This document shows, one piece after another, positions 25,876 through 38,299 of a stretch of 64,000 nt of DNA (the first letter of the stretch is position 1; the number at the start of each line of letters is the position of its first letter). The DNA lies in contig NC_043013.1 of the NCBI RefSeq assembly GCF_006345805.1, forward strand, positions 43,834,001 to 43,898,000, read 5' to 3'. The notes beneath the pieces were generated by a model. That model did not search any database. It was not told where the DNA came from and worked only from the letters and a program-made list of their open reading frames with translations. The DNA is from Octopus sinensis. Taxonomy: Eukaryota. A program made the translations under genes and the position numbers.

Positions 25876-27014
25876 TTAGATACCTATACTTTTAACTATT
25901 TATTAGAATAGCTGTGGTGGTAGTGGTTGTCTTCGTCATCATCATAATGGTTTTTCCATAACTGAAAATAGCTAACAGGTAGAGACGGTTTGAATCTAGA
26001 GTTGTCCTCACACCACTTACAAACAATTTTGTAAACAAGTGTGGCTGTGTGATAAGAATTTTGCTTCCCAACCACATGGTTCTGGGTTCACTTCCACTGT
26101 GAAATGCCTCAGGCAAGTGTTGTCTACTATGGCCTTGGGCCAACTAAAATCTTGTGAGTGGATTTGGTAGATGGAAACTGAAAGCCTGTATATATATGTA
26201 CATATATATACATATATATATAAATATATATATGTATATGTGTGTGTGTGCGTGTATGTTTGTGTTTGTCCCCCTAGCATTGCTTGACAACCGATGCTGG
26301 TGTGTTTATGTCCCCGTCACTTAGCGGTTCGTCAAAAGAGACCGATAGAATAAGTGCCAGGCTTAAAAAGAAAATAAGTATTAGGGTTGATTAGTTCGAC
26401 TAAAATTTCTCAAGGCAGTGCCTCCAGCATGCCCACAGTCTAATGATTGAAACAAGATAAAAGATAGATTGTAGATGAGTAAGTACAATTGCCTGAGTGA
26501 ACTCTAACACAATATTGGTCCTTATTTTATTGACACTGATACGTATACATGATCCCTACTAGAAAGAAAGACAAAGTTGACTTGGTGGAACGTAAGAGGC
26601 TATGACGAAGTATTTACGACTCAGCGAACAATTCATGGGAGAAATTCAAGAAAAATTGTTCGATGGGTAAAGATGGGAGTTATTTCCCTTACATTTAGGT
26701 TTGATTCGGGATGTGTAAAAGTTATTTCCCTTGTCCAATTACCATTTTATTTTTTCAATCACAATGACAAACCTCTGCTCGAACCTACCTTCTGAGATAT
26801 TCGGCTAGTAAGAAATAAATCTCCACTTAGAAGGTACCGTTATTTTTCTTTTAATTTCTTACTACATAACCATATTTATTGAAAATTTTGATAATTTAAT
26901 AATTACATATATAAACATGTATAATAATATAGGGTAAGATTAATTAATTAATAATTCTACCAAGTAGTCAGTGCATTAAAAATAACCTTTTTAGGTCAAT
27001 TATACAAAATATTC

Positions 27015-27404
27015 GGATCTTTTTGGTTTGAACGGCAGTTTTTAACAATTTCTAGGTAAGTAAAAAATTTTAAACTTCGTATACTGGTAGAATGTGTTTA
27101 TAAAACATCTTTTTCTCTTGGCTTTATTGAAAAAATTCTATAGTTTGTAAGATATTTGTTGTTTTTTTTTCTTCTTCAATTTCTACAATTTCAACCAATC
27201 AATGACGTCTATTGAGTTGAAAGCATTCTGTGCCGTATGAATATGTCCCTCGTTTAAGAAACAGATTGGGTTTATTTACATTTGTGAAGAAAAAAAAAGA
27301 TACCCTTCCTCCCACCCTAATAGATCGATTCTAGGGTCATAATTATGGGTGACAATTTCATATGACACCACTAGAAAAAACTGCCGTTCAAACCGAAAAG
27401 ATCC
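27015..27404. mobile_element. MITE with GGATCTTTT(C/T)GGTTTGAACGGCAG TIRs, copy 1
   Basis: TIRs at both ends; second copy at 27706-28123; superfamily not assigned. Confidence 0.8.
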
Positions 27405-27705
27405 ATTAATAATTCTACCAAATAGTCAGTACGTTAAAAATAACCTTTTTAGGTCAATTATACAAAATATTCTATAATTATATAATTATAATCAAGGTTC
27501 AGCTAATTGCTTCGCCACATATTGAAATAGACGCTAATGTCAATTCAAACTGCCATAAGTAATATATAAAAAAAAAAGTGTGTTATGGTCTCAGATATAC
27601 TTATGGTAGTTTGAATTGACATTAGCATCTATTTCTAATTTCAGTACGTGGCGAAGCAATTGGCTGACTTCTGATTATAATTATGTATATAATATTAGAA
27701 TATTT

Positions 27706-28123
27706 GGATCTTTTCGGTTTGAACGGCAGTTTTTAAAAATAATTTCCACGTAACTAAATACTTTTAAACTTCGTATACTGGTAGAATGTGTTTATAAAAC
27801 ATCTTTTTCTCTTGGCTTTATTGAGAAAATTCTATAGTTTGTAAGCTATTTGTTGTTATTTTTTTTCTTCAATTTCTGCAATTTCAACCAATCAATGACG
27901 TCTATTGAGGTGAAAATATTTTGTGCCGTATGAATATGTCCCTCGTTTAAGAAACAGATTGGGTTTATTTACATTTCTGAAGAAAAAAGACACCCTTCCC
28001 TCCACCCCTAACCATAACCCTAAAACAGATTGAAATGCAATAGATTGATACTAGGGTCATAATTATGGGTGACAATTTCATATGACACCGCTAGAAAAAA
28101 CTGCCTTTCAAACCGAAAAGATC
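27706..28123. mobile_element. Same MITE family, copy 2
   Basis: Highly similar to copy 1; GAATATTT on both flanks (27698-27705 and 28124-28131). Confidence 0.8.
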
Positions 28124-28569
28124 GAATATTTCATATAAACATGTATGTAAATGATACAAAACCACATTAAAATACAAATCCCAAACCAAAGGAAATACCA
28201 ACATGAGCGAAAAAAGAAAAAGAGGAAGAAAGAAAGAAAAAAAACCAATGGCGCAATAGAATATCATATCAGAAGTTGTTTTTGTTGTGAGAAGGACTGA
28301 ACTTAAAACTTCAAGTCAATAGAAAGTTAATCAATTTCAGAGTACTGTCATTGCTTGTAACAGCATATCACACGAACTAGAGGAACCCCTATGTGGTTGC
28401 TAGAGTAGTTAGAAATAAAAGCTAAATTTCTTCCTCTCTACTGACTTATGAAAGGAGAGATTCACTGAATAACGTAGTCTTAGATACACTATTCCTGAAC
28501 AATAAAATATAGGATGGTTATGGCTAAAACATTCTTGACCATAGATCTGCTCAGTCAAAGCTAATTTAT

Positions 28570-29002
28570 TGGGTTGTCCGGAAAGTTTGTGCCAATTTAT
28601 AGCAGCTTACATTTCGACTTATTTTAGAACATGGTTGAGTCCATAAAACAGGATTTGATTATACCTCCATTTAGAGCACAGTTTAAGCTATCTTTTCATG
28701 GAAGAAGGTTTATGTTCCTATAACCTGTGTTAATTCTGTAACCCTTTAAAATGGAAGATAAAAAAGTTCATTTTCGGCACTTGATGCTTTTCTTTTTCCG
28801 TATAGGAAAAAATGCCTCACAAGCAACCAAAGAAATAAGCGCAGTTTACGGAAAAGTTTCTTTATCCGAAAGAACTGTACAGAAGTGGTTCGCAAGGTTC
28901 CAAGTTGGAGATTGTAGCATTATTGATAAAGAACGATCAGGCAGACCATCCGCTACAGATGATGATCAAATCAAGTCATTAATTGAAAATAACCCACATT
29001 GA
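28570..29002 (+). pseudogene. Truncated mariner transposon: left end plus N-terminal HTH part of the transposase
   Basis: TA-TTGGGTTGTCCGGAAAG mariner-type end; ORF 28751-29002 (HFRHLMLFFF..SERTVQKWFARF..ERSGRP) matches mariner transposase N-termini; no catalytic domain. Confidence 0.9.
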
Positions 29003-30119
29003 TTCTTCAAGCTGAACCAAGAGGCTGGAGACCTAGGGGTAGACCAAGAATGGGATGGTTGGGTAATATCTATAGTTTCAGTTGGGAGTTCAGCTGGAAA
29101 GTGTAATGATGGTTGCTTTTGATAGGACCCGATGAAGAATGTGCATGAGGACTCTCCTACCATGACCCTCTTAAGAATAATGGGTGGAGAAGACAGAGGG
29201 ATAGATGAAAATTATCTTCAGATCACACATGTACCTCTTATGGACATGTTAGATCTTATAAACAGGTTAAATGTGATCTTATAGACATGTTCTGAAGGCG
29301 CATGACTCAGTGGTTAGAGCGTCGAGCTTATGATCGTGAGATTGTGAGTTCGAATCCCGGTCCAGGCTGTGTGTTGTATTCTTGAGCAAGACACTTTATT
29401 TCATGTTGCTCCAGTTCACTCAGCTGTAGAAATGAGTTGTGACATCACAGGTGCCAAGCTGTATTGGCCCCTTAACCTTTCCCTTGGATAACACTGGTAG
29501 CATGGAGAGGGGAAGCTGGTATGCATGGGCAACTGCTGGTCTTCCATAAACAACCTTGTCGGGACTTGTGTCTCGGAAGATAACTTTCTAGGTGCAATCC
29601 CATGGTCATTCATGACCGAAGGGGGTCTCCCCCCAGACATGTTAAATCAAAGACAAAATAGAACTTCCACCACTGCTGCCACTACTGCAACCACCACCAC
29701 CACCACCACCACCATCATGATTGCCATTACCATCATAACCACCACCACCATGACCACCACCACAAAAGCAACAAAATCATACATTTTACAACTTACATTT
29801 CATGCAGAGAAAATAATTCTTTGTTGTTGTTGTTGTTTAGTTCTGGACCATCAAAGATCAGGCAGACCTGTGATCAAACACATTCCAGTTATGACCATTT
29901 TTTTTTTTCAGGATAAGTGCATTGGGGATTACATTAACCAATGTGCTCTTCATTGTTTTAAGATGGTAAAGTGGGATTTGAAGGAAATTTTTCTTATTTC
30001 CAGCAAACTCAGAGGCCCCACAAAGACTTCCCTGATGTCTTGAACAGAAATGTAATCCACAGGTTTTGGACATAGTGTACCTAAGATTACATTATTTAAT
30101 GAGTCCTTTCTAAAAGATA

Positions 30120-30615
30120 GAGTGTGATTTGAGGGAGATTTGATTGCTATTTCTAGAAAAGCAAAATCACTTCTTTTGCTCAAATAACTATTTGTTACCA
30201 AAATTTGTATCTCAGCCTACATTATCCAATCTTTCCCTCCTTCTTAAAAATAATATGGTATGATTTGAGAAAGATTTGACTGCTATTTCAAGTAAATTGC
30301 TTCTTCCTCTCTTCAAGTAATTATTTGTTGCCAAAATATGTATCTAAGACTACATTATCCAATATGTCCTTTTTCCTTTAAGATAATACATTGTAATTTG
30401 ATGGCGATTTGACTGCTATTTCTATTTCAAGCAAATCACTTCTTCCTTTGCTCAATTAACTCATTGTTGCCAAAATACATATCTAAGAATAATTTATACA
30501 TAGCATCCTTCCTTCTTAAAGACGACAATGTGGTTTGCAGGAAATATGATTGCTATTTCTAGCATATCATTTTTTTTTCGTTTGCTTGAATAACCCTCTG
30601 TTGCCAAAATATGCA
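30120..30615. repeat. Diverged tandem array, about four units of 135-140 bp
   Basis: Recurring GATTTGA(C/T)TGCTATTTC..TGTTGCCAAAAT..ATCTAAGA..CATTATCCAA. Confidence 0.75.
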
Positions 30616-31407
30616 GTAATTCCTGAAATCACTTCTCTCAAATTCCACTTCTTTCAAATTCAACTCTAACCATCATGCTGTCATCAATAGATCTGCACCC
30701 AACAGCTTTTCTGTCTCTTCCAGTTGCCCCTATTTTTCTCTCTACCCCTAAACATGTTATTACCAACTATAAAACATTAGGCTTGCCTTCAGTCCTCATT
30801 CCCAACCACTGTATCAGAGACCCAGCCAACTGTATTATAGGGTCGTTGTCATCACCAGGCTATCATCATTGTCATTTAACATTTACTTTTCCATGCATTC
30901 ACGGGTCAGATAGAATTTATTAAGGCAGAGTTTCTAAGGATAAATATGCTGCTTGTTGCCAACCTTTATGTGTTTCCATGCAAGTAACATCATATCTCCT
31001 CACAGCCAGACATGTTTTTGCAGAATAATGGAAATGAATGACATTCACTTACAATAATCACACAAGGTCAAGGCAAAGAGACACACACACACATAAAATA
31101 AATAAATGCACCTTTTTAAAGCCTAGCCAGGCTCATGGTCCCGGTTTCCTGGTTTCTATAGTGTATGTGTTCCCCAAATGGACGGGACGCCAGTCCATCG
31201 CAGCGTTGCTCATTTTTGCCAGCTGAGTAGATTGGAGCAACGTGAAATCAAGTGTTTTGCTCAGGAACACAATGCGTCACCCGGTCCAGGAATCGAAACC
31301 ACAATCTTACGATCATGATGCTGACACCCTAACCACTAAGCCACGTGCCTCCACACACATATACACACACCTCCGTTCAGGATGAAAGGTAGACTGTGTG
31401 TGAAGTG

Positions 31408-31800
31408 TCATACTACATGGCTGTAAAACATGGGCCATGAATGCTGAAGATATGCATAGGCTTGAAAGAAATGAAGCTAGTATGCTCCGCTGGATGTGTA
31501 ATGTCAGTGTACATACACGACAGAGTGTAAGCGCTCTGAGAAAAAAGTTGGGCATAAGAAGCATCAAATATGGTATGCAAGAGAGATGACTGCACCAGCA
31601 TGGTCATGTGTTACATATGGATGACGAGAGCTGTGTGAGGAAATGCCACTCCTTAACTGTGGAGGGAACCTGTGGAACAGGTACACCCAGGAAGACATAG
31701 GAAGAGGTAGTGAAACATGACCTTCAAACATTAGGCCTCACAGAAGCAATGACGGGAAACTGACACTTTAGGAGATATGCTGTGATTGAGAAGATCCAGA
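31408..31800 (+). mobile_element. Degenerate RTE LINE ORF 3' fragment
   Basis: LHGCKTWAMNAEDMHRLERNEASMLRWMC..VVKHDLQTLGLTEAMT with stops; same family as 21480-21680. Confidence 0.85.
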
Positions 31801-32623
31801 AACTAAAGTGAGATGCCAGCCATGCATGTTCGGCCCAGTTAAGAGCACCCCTGATACGTCGGGCGATATGATATGCTTCAGAAGACATGTTGAGTCAAAT
31901 AAAACCAATATCGTAGCTGTGGCCAGTGCCGCCTGACTGGCATGTAAAAAGCACTGTCCAAACGTGGTTGATGCCAGGTCCGCCTGACTGGCTCTTGTGC
32001 CGAGGGCATGTAAAAAGTACCATCCAAACGTGGCTAATGCCAAGACTCCAATCTTGATCTGGCAGAGTTTCTACAGCTGGATGCCCTTCCTAACGCCAAC
32101 CACTCTGAGAGTGTAGTGGGTGCTTTTAAGTGCCACTGGCACAAGGGCCAGTCAGGTGGTACTGACAACGGCCACACTCAAATGGTGCTTTTTATGTGCT
32201 ACTTGCACAGGAGCCAGTCCAGCGGCACTGGCAACGACCTAGCTCGAATGTTTTTTCATGTGCCACCAGCACAAGTGCCAGTAAGGCGACGCAGGTAATG
32301 ATCATGCTCGAATGGTGTTTTTTATGTGCCACCGGCACAGAGGCCAGCTTGTTGCTCTGGCAACGATCACACTTGTATGGTACTTTTAGCACTTCACTAG
32401 CACGGATGCCAGTCATCGAATTTGATTTCAATTTATATATATACATATATATGTAATGGGTTTTCAGTTTCTGTCCATCAGATACATACACAAAGCTTTG
32501 GTCAGCCTGGAGCAATTTAAGAATACACTTGCCTGGTATGCCATAAACTTGTACTAAATGCTTGGAATCAGTTTGAAAATAAAAATGAAAAAAAGTAAAC
32601 CTTAAGAAAAAGACCAAACTCAC

Positions 32624-32725
32624 TCGAGGTTTTCTCCGGTGTGATGAAGAAGCCACTTGAAGAGATGTCACAGTTAAACAATCTTCAACCTTTTTGTTAT
32701 TGCCATCGTCTTTATAGTCTTTATT
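32624..32725 (-). CDS. Gli: Gli coding exon L (phase 0-0): NKDYKDDGNNKKVEDCLTVTSLQVASSSHRRKPR
   Basis: cattttag acceptor, GTGAGT donor, 102 nt in frame; VEDCL resembles the post-finger Gli motif. Confidence 0.85.
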
Positions 32726-34181
32726 CTAAAATGTCAGAACAGAGGTGGGGAAAAATTTAAATCAAAAACAAAAATAAAGAGTAAAAAAAGAGATAAAAAA
32801 ACCAATAAGGTTACATAAAAAGCATTCAGGTATTTTATATGGGTAGTGGGAGCTTTCACACAAATTTCATTTCACTCATAAAGTATTAGTCAATGAAAAG
32901 CTACTATAGAAAACATTTGCACACCTGCTGAAGGGTCTTTGTACAAAGATATGCTGTTAAGTTCCTGGCATTAAGGGAATCATGAAAGGCTTGGTTGGAA
33001 GTCAAACCTTCAGGGTGCTTTTACAGGGCTTAGAAAAACTGAAGGTCTGCTGCAATAAGTGTGTGAATCTGAGAGGGGGATATGTTAAACAAAATCATAA
33101 TTAACTGATCCACCTGCATTTTTCTTTTACCCAAAACCAGGAACTTTTCAGCACCCACCTCGTAGTCTTTGCATATTACAAAGTGAACACCTTAACCTGT
33201 TTTTGTTTGGTCAAATATTTCTCACCGTAATCATTACACAGTGTAACAAAATTTTATTTTATTTTTTATTTTTGTCTTTGGTCAGTGAGTGTTATTTCCT
33301 GTTTGCTTCTGTCTAGAAATCAAAGAAAGTGACTACTATTCCCTTCAAACTTTGCTTTTCTGACCTGGACTTCAATGTTTTGGAACTGACCTATTTACCA
33401 TTACATTTTAGATAGATTCAGTACTTAGTCGTTGCTGAAGCAGAAATATAGTTGTAGCAAATATTCTACTCAATACCATAGATCTGCTGGTCAGTTGCTT
33501 GACCTTAACCACTTGAGAATATGCCTTAGCCGCTGACAATATGTGCATCTCTGATGATGTGCAGGAATAGTGAGGGAGCATTATAGCCATGTGTTGAGAG
33601 GGATCCTTTGGTGTTTGTTAAAGTGTAAGAAAAGCAAAGTTTGAAGGAAATATTAGCCATTATTCATACTTTCTAGGGGTAAGCAAATAAGAAACAACAG
33701 TTGCTACCCAAGGACAAAAATCATGTTAGACATTGTTATTCTTATTAGTTCTGTATTTTGTCACATCCTCCTCAATCATCATCATCATTTTCATCATCGT
33801 TTAGCGTCTGCTTTCCATGCTAGCATGGGTTGGACGGTTCAACTGGGGTCTGTGAAGCCAGAAGGCTACACCAGGCCCAGTCTGATCTGGCAATGTTTCT
33901 ACGGCTGGATGCCCTTCCTAATGCCAACCACTCCGTGTGTGTAGTGGGTGCTTTTTACGTGCCACCAGCACAGGGGCCAGATGAGGCTGGCAATGGCCAT
34001 GATCAAATGGTGCCTTTTACGTGCCACCGGTGCTTTTTACGGGCCAGTCAGGGCAGCGCTGGCAACGGCCACATTCGGATGGTTCCCTTTACTGATATCA
34101 AATAAGAATACAAGTTATTAACATACTGATAACCTTCACAAACACAAACAAATGTACAAAAAAAATCTGGATTTTACTCAC

Positions 34182-34343
34182 ATGATCCGGTTCTGTCTTT
34201 GGGTTACAATGGCCATGTTCATTGCCTTTGTGCTTCTTATTGGCATAAAACTCAGGACCGTGCACTGTTTTCACATGTTTCCTCAGTGAGCTGGGATCTG
34301 TGTAACGCTTCGTACAGTTGGGAGCCTTGCATACATAGGGTTT
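34182..34343 (-). CDS. Gli: Gli coding exon K (phase 0-0): [46 protein letters not shown]5 and NLS
   Basis: ctcttacag acceptor, GTGAGT donor; canonical ZF5 followed by a basic KKHK motif. Confidence 0.98.
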
Positions 34344-34377
34344 CTGTAAGAGAAATCAGGGAGCCAATTACATATTA

Positions 34378-34899
34378 CCGTAAGTCCTTGAGTATAATCC
34401 GCATTTTTTCCCCAAAATTTAAAGATCAAAATCCCTAGTGTGTACTATATACGAGGTTAAAAATGAAAAATATTTTCTAAGCAATGTCCGATTCTCTATT
34501 TGCTGTCTGGCAATGTTTATTCAGATGCATTTTGTGATGTTGGGCGGTAAAATACCTTAAGCTAAGCCTGAAAGCAATGAAGTCATAAAAGAATCATCCA
34601 TAACTTGCAGTAAGCAACATTTATTAAAATAAAAGTATTCAGAACACAGAATAACATGTAGCAAAAACAATTTGCAAACATATTTACATTCCCATATAAC
34701 AGTTAAGAACATCACCATTATTGTATTACGCATGCATGGAAGTGTTTGTTCGACTAGGTGCTGCTGGTTTAATTATGCACGACTCAAGTTAGAGAAGGGG
34801 TGTGTATTATACACAAGGTTTAGGTTTTTCAGAGATACAGCCCCCTAAAATTCCCCTGCGTATTATACTCAAAGGCAGACTATACTTGAAGATTTACGG
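34378..34899. mobile_element. Tc1/mariner-type MITE, same family as 686-1198, opposite orientation
   Basis: TA|CCGTAAGTCCTTGAGTATA..GATTTACGG|TA. Confidence 0.85.
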
Positions 34900-35049
34900 T
34901 AACCCTTCCTTACTCTGTTTTTCTTGGAACAAACTACATTTGTTTTAATTAACTTTGAAAATAATGAAGAATTTAGTAAAATAACCGTCTTGGGCCGACC
35001 AAGGCCTTGTGAGTGGATTTTGTAGACGGAAACTGAAAGAAGCCCGTCG

Positions 35050-35080
<31 letters not shown>

Positions 35081-36077
35081 ATGTTTGTGTGTCTGTGTTT
35101 CTGCCCCCAACATTGCTTGACAACCTCTGCTGGAGTGTTTATGCCCCCGTAACTTAGCGGTTTGGCAAAAGAGACTGGCAGAATAAGTACTAGGCTTCCA
35201 AAGAATAAGTCCTGGGGTCGATTTGCTCGACTAAAGGCGGTGCTCCAGCATGGCCGCGGTCAAATGACAGAAACAAGTAAAAGAGTAAAAGAGCAAAGAG
35301 AGTATGCGTCCATGTTCTTACAAAAAAACTAAGTGTATTTCGACTTGGAGGTTTACGACAAAATCCTGGAGGAAACTAATAGTATTAATCATCAATGTAA
35401 TCGTTTAACATCCACTTTCCATGCTGGCATGGGTTGGACGGTTTGACTGAGGACTGGCGAACCAGATGGCTGCACCAGGCTCCAGTCTTGATCTGGCAGA
35501 GTTTCTACAGCTGGATGCCCTTCCTAACGCCAACCACTCCGAGAGTGCAGTGGGTGCTTTTACGTGCCACCAACACGGGGGCCAGTCAGACGGTACTGGC
35601 AAAGACCTCGCTTGATTTTTTTTTTTTAGCAAAAAGTCCTAATCAGGAGAGCTATGATCAAAGATATTCCTGCTATGTCTGTCTTGCCTTAATATATCTA
35701 GAACTATACTAAGGCAGCAAGCTGGCAAAAATCATTAGCAAAATGCTTAGTGGTATTTCATCCATCCTTATGTTCTGAGTTCAAATTCCACTGAGGTCAA
35801 CTTTGCCTTTAATCCTTTCAGGTAAAATAAGTACCGGTCAAGCACTGAGGCCAATGTAATCAACTTAGCTCTCCCTTGAAATTGCTGGCCTTGTGCCAGA
35901 ATTTGAAACCAATATATGTGGAACTACATTAGTGAATGTAGTTCTTTTTTTTGTGTAAGAAAGTATGCTGTGATTTCAAGGGAATTTAGCAAATATTTTT
36001 AGCAGGTTGAGTGTAGGGGGCTGCCTTCTTGGTTTATGAATTAACAAGAATATGGCATGGGTGAAACTAGGGATCTA

Positions 36078-36320
<243 letters not shown>

Positions 36321-37880
36321 TTAAAGAAAACAAATACAATATGAAAATCAATAGTGGAGGCCACACCCTCCTCCTTCGGTAATTCATTTACCCACTCTCT
36401 CAAAAATTGTTGGCCCTGTGCCAAACTTTTGAAATTATTATTATAGTTATTATCATCATCAGCAGCATTACTGCTGTTGGTGAGCTGGCAGAATTGTTAG
36501 ATTGCTGGGGGAAATGTTTAGTGGCATTTCAGCCATCTTCATTCATGTTCTGTGTTCAAATTCCGCCAAGGTCAACTTTGCCTTTCAAGCTTCTTGTGGT
36601 CAGTAAAATAAATACCAGTTGAGTACCGAGGTCAATATATTTGACTCACATCCTTACCCCTAAATTGCTGGCCTTGTGCCAAAATTTGAGATCCTCATCA
36701 TCATTATTATTATTGTTGTTGTTGTGAAGGTGCATGGCTCAGTGGTTAGAACGTCAATCTTACAACCGTGAGGTTGTGAGTTTGAATCTCGGACCGGGCT
36801 GCGTGTTGTGTTCTTGAGCAAGACACTTTATTTTCACATTGCTCCAATTCACTCAGCTGTAGAAATGAGTTGCAATGTCACTGGTGCCAAGCTGTATCGG
36901 CCCCTTTGCCTTTCTCTTGGATAACATTGGTGGCATGGAGAGGGGAGGCTGCTATGCATGGGCGACTGCCGGTCTTCCATAAACCTTGCCCGGATATGTG
37001 CCTGGGAGGGTAACTTTCTAGGTGCAATCCCATGATCATTCATGACCAAAGGGGGTCTCCACACCGTTATTATTATTATTATTATTATTATTGTTGTTAT
37101 TGTTATTATTATTATTATTTTTTAGATAAATAGATAGTGGTGAAGATGAGGTTAACCTGGAGGAATTCCTAACATTTCAAACTACATTTACTGTAAAATT
37201 TTTATTCAATGCTGAAATTTCATAAAACATCTGTCAATTATAAAATACTTCAGATTATTTTACAGAAGTGAGTTTAGGACTAAACCATCTGAGGAATCAG
37301 TATTATTGCCACAAACACAATGTAGAATTGATGAGAAAATATAAATAGGCGTAGGAGTGGATGTGTGGTAAGTAGCTTGCTTATGAACCACATGGTTCTG
37401 GGTTCAGTCCCACTGTGTGGCACCTTGGGCAAGTGTCTTCTACTATAGCCTCAGGCCAACCAAAGCCTTGTGAGTGGATTTGGTAGACGGAAACTGAAAG
37501 AAGCCCATCGAATATATGCATATATATGTATATGTGTGCAGATGTTTGTGTGTCTGTGTCCCTCCAACATTGCTTGACAACCGATGGTGGTGTGTTTACA
37601 TCCCCGTAACTTAGCAGTTCGGCAAAAGAGACCGATAGAATAATAAGTACAAGGCTTAAAAAGAATAAGTCCTGGGGTCGATTTGCTCGACTAAAGGCGG
37701 TGCTCCAGCATGGCCACAGTCAAATGACTGAATCAAGTAAAAGAGACCCTTTAGTCCACAGTCTGACACCGTATCAGTTTCAGTCAGCTACTAATTAAAT
37801 TTAGGGATAACACAAAATACACAAAGGAAAATCCCCAAACAAATACAGTGATAGATCAATGTGAATCAGGGAGAACTTAC

Positions 37881-38030
37881 TGAGCATTTATGGGGTTTTT
37901 CTCCTGTATGTCGTCTCATGTGGACGACCAGCATGTACTGGGCCTTAAAAGGTTTCTCTTCTCGGTTACATTCCCTCCACTTGCACACAAAGGATTTCTT
38001 GTTCAACTGGATGTGGTCCTGGTTAATATG
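37881..38030 (-). CDS. Gli: Gli coding exon I (phase 0-0): [52 protein letters not shown]1 end and ZF2
   Basis: Translated by hand (absent from the ORF track); ttttag acceptor, GTAAGT donor; near-identical to Gli ZF2. Confidence 0.98.
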
Positions 38031-38074
38031 CTAAAATAAAACAAAACATTTTATTCAGATGTTAACAAATTTAA

Positions 38075-38299
38075 CCCTTTCGTTACCATATTTATTTTGA
38101 GATGCTCTGTGTTTCATTCAATTAATTTTAAATATAACGAGGAATTTATTAAAAAAAAAACTTAGTTATCATTAGGCCAGTGTTGGGAACATAAATTGTG
38201 ACTAAGGTTTGGTGTAAGATTTTGATTCAATACTTATGAAAGTAAGACATTTGTACTACAGAGCCAGAGGCAGTTTTGGCCGGGTTGGTATCAAAAGGG
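38075..38299. mobile_element. piggyBac-like MITE, uninterrupted copy
   Basis: TTAA|CCCTTTCG..AAAAGGG|TTAA; reverse-complement homolog of the 5475-6033 element without its insert. Confidence 0.8.

Noticed and set aside
28966-29163. Minus-strand 65-aa ORF as a possible extra Gli exon
   Set aside because: Exons L and M already join in phase 0; no Gli motif or convincing splice sites.
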